From: Candidatus Bathyarchaeum tardum
GTDB lineage: Archaea > Thermoproteota > Bathyarchaeia > Bathyarchaeales > Bathyarchaeaceae
DNA length: 64,000 bases
Direction: 5' to 3'
Assembly (NCBI GenBank): GCA_024650005.2
Contig: CP122380.1
Span: forward strand, 1,472,001-1,536,000
Shown: in pieces, positions 58,823 through 64,000 of the stretch
How positions within the stretch are numbered: position 1 is the first letter of the stretch
How the letters are laid out: each line of letters starts with the position of its first letter
Translations under genes and position numbers: made by a program
Notes under the pieces: generated by a model
Database searches by the model: none
Told to the model about the DNA's origin: nothing
Seen by the model: only the letters and a program-made list of their open reading frames with translations

Positions 58823-60496
58823 CTAGATAAGCACCTTCCTGTTTTTTTGGTTGTTGACCTCGTCTAGGCTCCAGTGCCACTTTTGGTCAGAGTTAAGCTG
58901 AATAAATGCCATACGGTCAGTACAAGAAAAGCAGGGGTCCAAACTGCCCATAACCGAAGGAATGTCAGCAACGAATCCCCCTTTTATTGCATCTGGAAAT
59001 GCCATCAGGTTTGCCAATGTAGGTGCTCTGACTTTAACTCGGTATGGGTATGCGCTTCCGTCACTTTTAACGTAATGAATAAGTTCACCGCGAGGGGCTT
59101 CAACACGGCTAACTGCTTCCCCTTCAGGTATTTTTCGTTGAACTCTTACCCTTATTTTTCCTTCAGGAAGGTTATCAAGGGCATATTCTACTATGTTTAT
59201 ACTTTCCAGCACTTCGTCCGCTCTGACCATGAGTCGAGCCCACGTGTCACATTCATTATAGCTTATTACATTGAAAGGAATTTCGCCATATGCAGCATAG
59301 GGGTCATCTTTTCGGACATCAGACGCAACACCCGAAGCCCTCAAAACAGGACCAACCACACAAAGTTTCAAAGCGTCTTTTCTACTTAAGACACCAACTC
59401 CTTCGGTTCTCATTCGCAGGGTTGCATCTTCTTCGAATACTTTCTTGTAGAAATCTGCTCTTTTTCTTACGTCTTTAAGGGTTTTTAGGGTCTTTTCGAT
59501 TGTGCTTGGGGCAATGTCTCGTCTTACGCCACCAATGGTGTTGAATCCACTCATCAAACGGTTTCCAGTTATTCGTTCAACAATATCCATTACTGGTTCA
59601 CGGTCCCTCCAAACATGCTGGAATAATGATTCAAAACCCAGCAAGTGACCAGCAACCCCAAGTAACAACAAGTGGCTGTGAATACGGTTTAGTTCATGTA
59701 TAATTGTACGGTAATACTGTGCACGGGGTGGAGTTTCAACGTTTGCTATGTCTTCAACTGCTTGACAGAACACAGTAGTATGAGCAGCATTGCAAATACC
59801 ACAAATCCTTTCCACCAAGTACACATCTTGGAAATACATCATAGTTTCCGCAGCTTTTTCGATGCCGCGATGAACATATCCAAGACGGGCATCAACATCA
59901 ACGACTCGTTCACCATCAAGGGTGAAAGAAAAACGTTCAGGTTCATGTAAAACAGGATGCTGAGGACCCACAATAACATTAACTAATGATTCAGAAGCCC
60001 CACTTACTGATTTTGGTTTTGGCGCTTCTTCAGAAACAAAAATGTCCTCTTGGTTTTCCGGTGCTTTCCAATCTCTTCGAAGCGGATAATTGCCTTTAGG
60101 CCAACTTTCTGGAAGCAATAAGCGCTCCATGTTAGGATGCCCCTCAAAAGTTACGCCTAACAAGTCGTAGACTTCACGCTCATACAAGTTAGCTCCAGGA
60201 ATAAGGTCACAAATCGATTTCGTAACAGGTTTTATTTTTGGAACACGAATTTTCAGAGTAACGGTTCCGCCACAAATCATGTGATAATTTAATTCAATTT
60301 CGTTGCCTAAATCAGTTCCAGTTATTGTGGAAATTATTGTATCTTCAACCTGTTTTAGAAGCAAAGAAATTGCATCTCGGTGTTTTTCAGGTTTAAGAAA
60401 AACGTAAGCTTTCCTTGACCTAGGGACCTTTAACTCGACAATCGAATTGGCCAAATTATTTTTTAAAAGTTCTACAGCTTTGTCAAATTGTCCCAT
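58823..60496 (-). CDS. Group 4 [NiFe]-hydrogenase large subunit, NuoC-NuoD fused
   Basis: ERE..DLLG.F.GHP (C domain); GPQHP, ERICGIC and DPCFSCTDR Ni-binding motifs intact. Confidence 0.9.
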   Translation of the reverse strand: MGQFDKAVELLKNNLANSIVELKVPRSRKAYVFLKPEKHRDAISLLLKQVEDTIISTITGTDLGNEIELNYHMICGGTVTLKIRVPKIKPVTKSICDLIPGANLYEREVYDLLGVTFEGHPNMERLLLPESWPKGNYPLRRDWKAPENQEDIFVSEEAPKPKSVSGASESLVNVIVGPQHPVLHEPERFSFTLDGERVVDVDARLGYVHRGIEKAAETMMYFQDVYLVERICGICNAAHTTVFCQAVEDIANVETPPRAQYYRTIIHELNRIHSHLLLLGVAGHLLGFESLFQHVWRDREPVMDIVERITGNRLMSGFNTIGGVRRDIAPSTIEKTLKTLKDVRKRADFYKKVFEEDATLRMRTEGVGVLSRKDALKLCVVGPVLRASGVASDVRKDDPYAAYGEIPFNVISYNECDTWARLMVRADEVLESINIVEYALDNLPEGKIRVRVQRKIPEGEAVSRVEAPRGELIHYVKSDGSAYPYRVKVRAPTLANLMAFPDAIKGGFVADIPSVMGSLDPCFSCTDRMAFIQLNSDQKWHWSLDEVNNQKNRKVLI

Positions 60497-60500
60497 GATT

Positions 60501-60914
60501 TTATCCCTTCAGTTTTTCAAGCAGTTTGGCAATGCCTTGTAAGATGGCTTCTGGTTTTGGTGGACAACCCGGGACATAAACGTCGACAGGAATTATTTGA
60601 TCTAAGTGCCCACTTATGTTGTAACAGCCTTGGAATATTCCACCAGAACAGGAACATGCACCGACGGCTACAACAAATTTGGGTGAAGGCATTTGTTCAT
60701 AAATCATTTTGAGTCGAGGCGCGCATTGTCTTGTTACAGGTCCAGTTACTATCAAAACGTCCGCATGACGTGGGGAGGGTTCAAGTTTTGCACCAAAGCG
60801 TTCCACATCATATCTTGGGGTAAGTAATGAAACAACTTCAATGTCACATCCGTTACAGGCGCCAGTGTTGAAATGAAGCAACCAAGGTGAGTTTCGTCTA
60901 GCCCATTTCAGCAA
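60501..60914 (-). CDS. Hydrogenase small subunit (NuoB-like)
   Basis: GACNGCDIE, SPRHAD, GAC..SGG, PGCPP.P. Confidence 0.92.
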   Translation of the reverse strand: MLKWARRNSPWLLHFNTGACNGCDIEVVSLLTPRYDVERFGAKLEPSPRHADVLIVTGPVTRQCAPRLKMIYEQMPSPKFVVAVGACSCSGGIFQGCYNISGHLDQIIPVDVYVPGCPPKPEAILQGIAKLLEKLKG

Positions 60915-60931
60915 CCCTAGGTCGGGCGTCT

Positions 60932-61255
60932 TTAATTGCCTCCTAAAAGCAACAAGTCGGCTGCTAAGATTATTCCTAAGTAAATCAACAAGGTGAAAGG
61001 ATTGATCATTTCAAGGGCTAATGCAGCAAAGGCCAGAATCAATGCAGGTGAATCGATTATTACAAAGAATATTAAATATTTATAGAGAGTAACATTAACA
61101 AGCAATCGGGTAGAAGCAACTTTTTCTCCACATGCATACATTTCATTTTTTTCTGGGCTTTCAGGAGATTTAGGTGCCAGTAATTTGCTTGCTAAATAAA
61201 TCAATGACGCGAGGGCCAGAATGATCAGAAATGCAATAAGAGATTCGATCAGCAT
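60932..61255 (-). CDS. nuoA: Membrane subunit A
   Basis: Three TM segments, K..MYACGE. Confidence 0.8.
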   Translation of the reverse strand: MLIESLIAFLIILALASLIYLASKLLAPKSPESPEKNEMYACGEKVASTRLLVNVTLYKYLIFFVIIDSPALILAFAALALEMINPFTLLIYLGIILAADLLLLGGN

Positions 61256-61674
61256 TGTGTATATTCAACCATTCAAAGATTTTGTAAGGTATTTTCAGTA
61301 TCTAATGTTAACAAAACGTTTCCAATTGTAATATTAGTCTTCAAAGGTACTGTATTAAAACATTGTTTTGTCCCCAGTTTAGATGTAAACCAAAGTGTCA
61401 AGACAGTTATGGCGGTCACCATTGAGATTGTGAAAGACATTAAGTTTGCTTGCGTTCCTGATTACCTCCGCTTTTGGAACGGGAAGTAAAAACTTAGGAT
61501 TTAAGGGTTCCGTATAATAAAATTAAACTTGAATAATAAAATATAATAAATTAAATTAGATTAAATAAATCTGCAATTAAAGCGTGGTAAAAACATCAAC
61601 AACATTCAAAAAGAAAAACATACAAAAGACAAAGATATTCCAAATATCAAAAAGAAAAAGCATTAAAACACAAT

Positions 61675-62463
61675 CTAGTCCGAAAGAGAATCCAGTAGGC
61701 CTTTCATTGCTTTTGTGTTGTGGGGAAACTCTACTTTGATTGGTGTAACCGAAACATAATTGCCATTTTTTATGGCGTGCAAATCTGTTCCAGGGGCACC
61801 GTCAGGATAGTGGTGCAATGCCCAGCTCTTGATTTCATAACCGTCTGTGATTTCGTCATGTATATCACCATAGCCGTCATAACAAAGACTCGTTAATAGC
61901 ACGTTTTTTGGGTCAGCGTTTTCTGGAACGTTTATTGAAATAATGTCCACATCCGCAGGCATTCCAGATTCCAGCACATGCTTAGAGGCCTTGTATCCAA
62001 GATGGGCAGCTAATTCTAAGTCTTTCACGGAAAAATTGGTGTTTCCAAAGGTTTTGTCAGAGAGTTCAGACAAACAATAGGAAACAGCTATAGCAGGAAT
62101 ATTATGTATTGCAGCTTCAAAAGCAGCTCCAACAGTGCCAGAAGTAAGTAAGTCATCGATTCCAAGGTTTGGACCGATATTGATTCCCGAAACAAGCAGA
62201 TCAGGCATTTTTTTCAAAATTTTGTTAATAGCAATCAAAAATGAGTCAGCAGGAGTGCCCGTTGTTGCATATGCTGTAATACCATCACCAAGGTCAGCGT
62301 CACATATTTTGACTTGACCAATACTGATCGATTTTCCAACACCGCTTCTTTGGCATCCAGGAGTTACAACTACTACATCTCCAAGTTTTGTTAGCTGCTT
62401 TGCAAGAACTGACAAACCGATTGAGTCGACACCATCGTCATTTGTTACAAGTATTGTAGGCAA
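61675..62463 (-). CDS. surE: 5'/3'-nucleotidase SurE
   Basis: ILVTNDDG, GTPAD, SGINIGPN, SGTVGAA.EA, SVTP. Confidence 0.95.
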   Translation of the reverse strand: MPTILVTNDDGVDSIGLSVLAKQLTKLGDVVVVTPGCQRSGVGKSISIGQVKICDADLGDGITAYATTGTPADSFLIAINKILKKMPDLLVSGINIGPNLGIDDLLTSGTVGAAFEAAIHNIPAIAVSYCLSELSDKTFGNTNFSVKDLELAAHLGYKASKHVLESGMPADVDIISINVPENADPKNVLLTSLCYDGYGDIHDEITDGYEIKSWALHHYPDGAPGTDLHAIKNGNYVSVTPIKVEFPHNTKAMKGLLDSLSD

Positions 62464-62652
62464 TCTGTTTCCTCCGGTTGTTTTAGATACAATATCGAGT
62501 TATTTTAGGGTATTCTTAAACTGAACGTTCTTTAGTTGAAGCCCAGAAAAACAAGAAAACAGGTTATCAACATTAAAACATTAGAAAAATGATTAATTCG
62601 GATTAAATTTTCAATAAGTTTATATTGGAGCAAAGCTTTTTTCGCTCAACAT

Positions 62653-62768
62653 GGGATGGTGGAGGGACGCAGAGAAAATACCCCTATTCTCCAGTCGCCA
62701 AGAGACCTACCCTCTCCTTGCGCGATCGAAGGCGCATACGCGCGCATGCGCCAACGCCCCCACCTCCT
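62653..62768 (+). ncRNA. Candidate structured RNA (four-way junction), unknown family
   Basis: GC-rich island ~28 nt after TTTATAT; closing helix plus three hairpins. Confidence 0.42.
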
Positions 62769-63002
62769 CTTTCCTAATTTATCGAACAAAATTTGTGAAT
62801 TAACCAAATCTTCTGGCACATACCTAGGTTTAAAGAGAAATCCCAACTAACGGGAATTGAAGTGGATTGAATCTAAACAAAAACGTCTAAAAAACGAAAT
62901 GTATGTTGGAGTAACCCTACATATCAATGATAGAGAGGGTTCACAAGAAAATATTGAGGCTTTGGAGCTTACAGCCAAAAAGGAGTTTAGACAGAGGATT
63001 TG

Positions 63003-63704
63003 TCACCATGGTACAACGTAATCAGCAACAGTTATGTCCCAATCCGTCAGTACTTCACCAGCATAAAAGACGTTTTCGTGCACCAAAGAATTAGAACCTG
63101 CAGGGATATAACCAACCTCTATGAAAGTTTGGTTAGCGACCACGTCTCCTTGATAGAGAGTAACATTCAGTCTAACATTAGCAACATCTTTAATTCCTAT
63201 GTTTCGAACCTCACCAGTTATCCATAATCTCGGTGTACCATCAGTTCTAATATCTGTAGCACCAACAAGAAGGATGACCCCAGGATATCTTAAGTCATGT
63301 ATTTCCTCTTCTAATTTAAGTATCCATTCATCTCGTTCACCAATAACTGCAACCTGTGATTTAATGTATTCATCCCGTTCAGCTATAACAGCATCCTGAG
63401 CCTGGATGTATTCCTCACGTTCACCAATAACTGCAACCTGTGATTTAATGTATTCATCCCGTTCAGCTATAACAGCATCCTGAGCCTGGATGTATTCCTC
63501 ACGTTCACCAATAACTGCAACCTGTGATTTAATGTATTCATCCCGTTCAGCTATCAACATGTCCCTTTCATTTACTGCATTTTGTAGAGAAGTTATCTCT
63601 GAAGTATAGATGAACGCCATCCCAGATGCTGCAACCGAAAGTAGAACAATAATTGCCACCAAAATAATTGAGATTTTTCTGCTGGATTTTTTGTGCTCAT
63701 TCAT
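63003..63704 (-). CDS. Membrane-anchored coiled-coil protein with a C-terminal FxLYD-like Ig domain
   Basis: One TM, tandem heptad repeats, ITGEVRNIG...VRLNVTLY. Confidence 0.75.
   Translation of the reverse strand: MNEHKKSSRKISIILVAIIVLLSVAASGMAFIYTSEITSLQNAVNERDMLIAERDEYIKSQVAVIGEREEYIQAQDAVIAERDEYIKSQVAVIGEREEYIQAQDAVIAERDEYIKSQVAVIGERDEWILKLEEEIHDLRYPGVILLVGATDIRTDGTPRLWITGEVRNIGIKDVANVRLNVTLYQGDVVANQTFIEVGYIPAGSNSLVHENVFYAGEVLTDWDITVADYVVPW
63334..63554. repeat. Perfect 84-bp tandem repeat, about 2.6 copies, in frame
   Basis: Units start at 63334, 63418 and 63502; encodes AVIGEREEYIQAQDAVIAERDEYIKSQV. Confidence 0.95.
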
Positions 63705-64000
63705 TCAGTTTTTTCACCTCCATTTTTTTGACTACAGTCTTTAGAATGGAGAGCAACTCCTCAAGTTCGACGCGATGCTGAGCCATCTCCAGATGCAGAC
63801 CGTTAAGCTGACTTTTCAGGTCAAGGTTTTCCTCTCAGTTTATCGATATCTTTTTAGCGTATTCATGGCTTTAGGCGAAACTGACGGATTAAAGTTTAGG
63901 TAATTTAGTATACTTCAGGGCACCTTTCTCTAATCTCCAGTTCCAATGTTTGAAGGTAAACATGATTACTCATTGTAATGACTTTTCCCAACACATACTT

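Noticed and set aside
61512-61539. NikR-like site GTATAA-N16-TAATAA upstream of the hydrogenase operon
   Set aside because: Imperfect and in very AT-rich DNA; a chance match is likely
63710-63870. Short coiled-coil-like reading frame on the minus strand
   Set aside because: Interrupted by stops and has no identifiable family

Overview
Low-GC archaeal DNA (TFB, S30e, archaeal promoters); the gene content fits Bathyarchaeia. About 35 kb (4.1-38.7 kb) is a tetrapyrrole/cobalamin island. It holds hemL/B/C/D, cobA and sirC, an inverted GATase-CbiA-like amidotransferase, a HemA-CbiX-CbiC triple fusion, cbiDETLFGH, cbiZ with a Btu-like ABC importer whose binding protein has three domains, a ChlI/D-like chelatase, cobN and cbiB. 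Five copies of a 17-bp palindrome (TTGGAW-N5-MTCCAW) sit at the promoters of this island, next to an uncharacterised pair of winged-helix regulators, which suggests a riboswitch-free archaeal B12 regulon. Downstream are a GH3 amido-synthetase/7TM histidine kinase operon and housekeeping/stress genes. A complex-I-like group 4 [NiFe]-hydrogenase operon follows and ends in an F420-binding FrhB/FpoF-CBS fusion. The window also has tRNA-Glu(CTC), a decayed cas1 fragment and two candidate structured ncRNAs. All calls come from reading motifs by eye; no searches were run.
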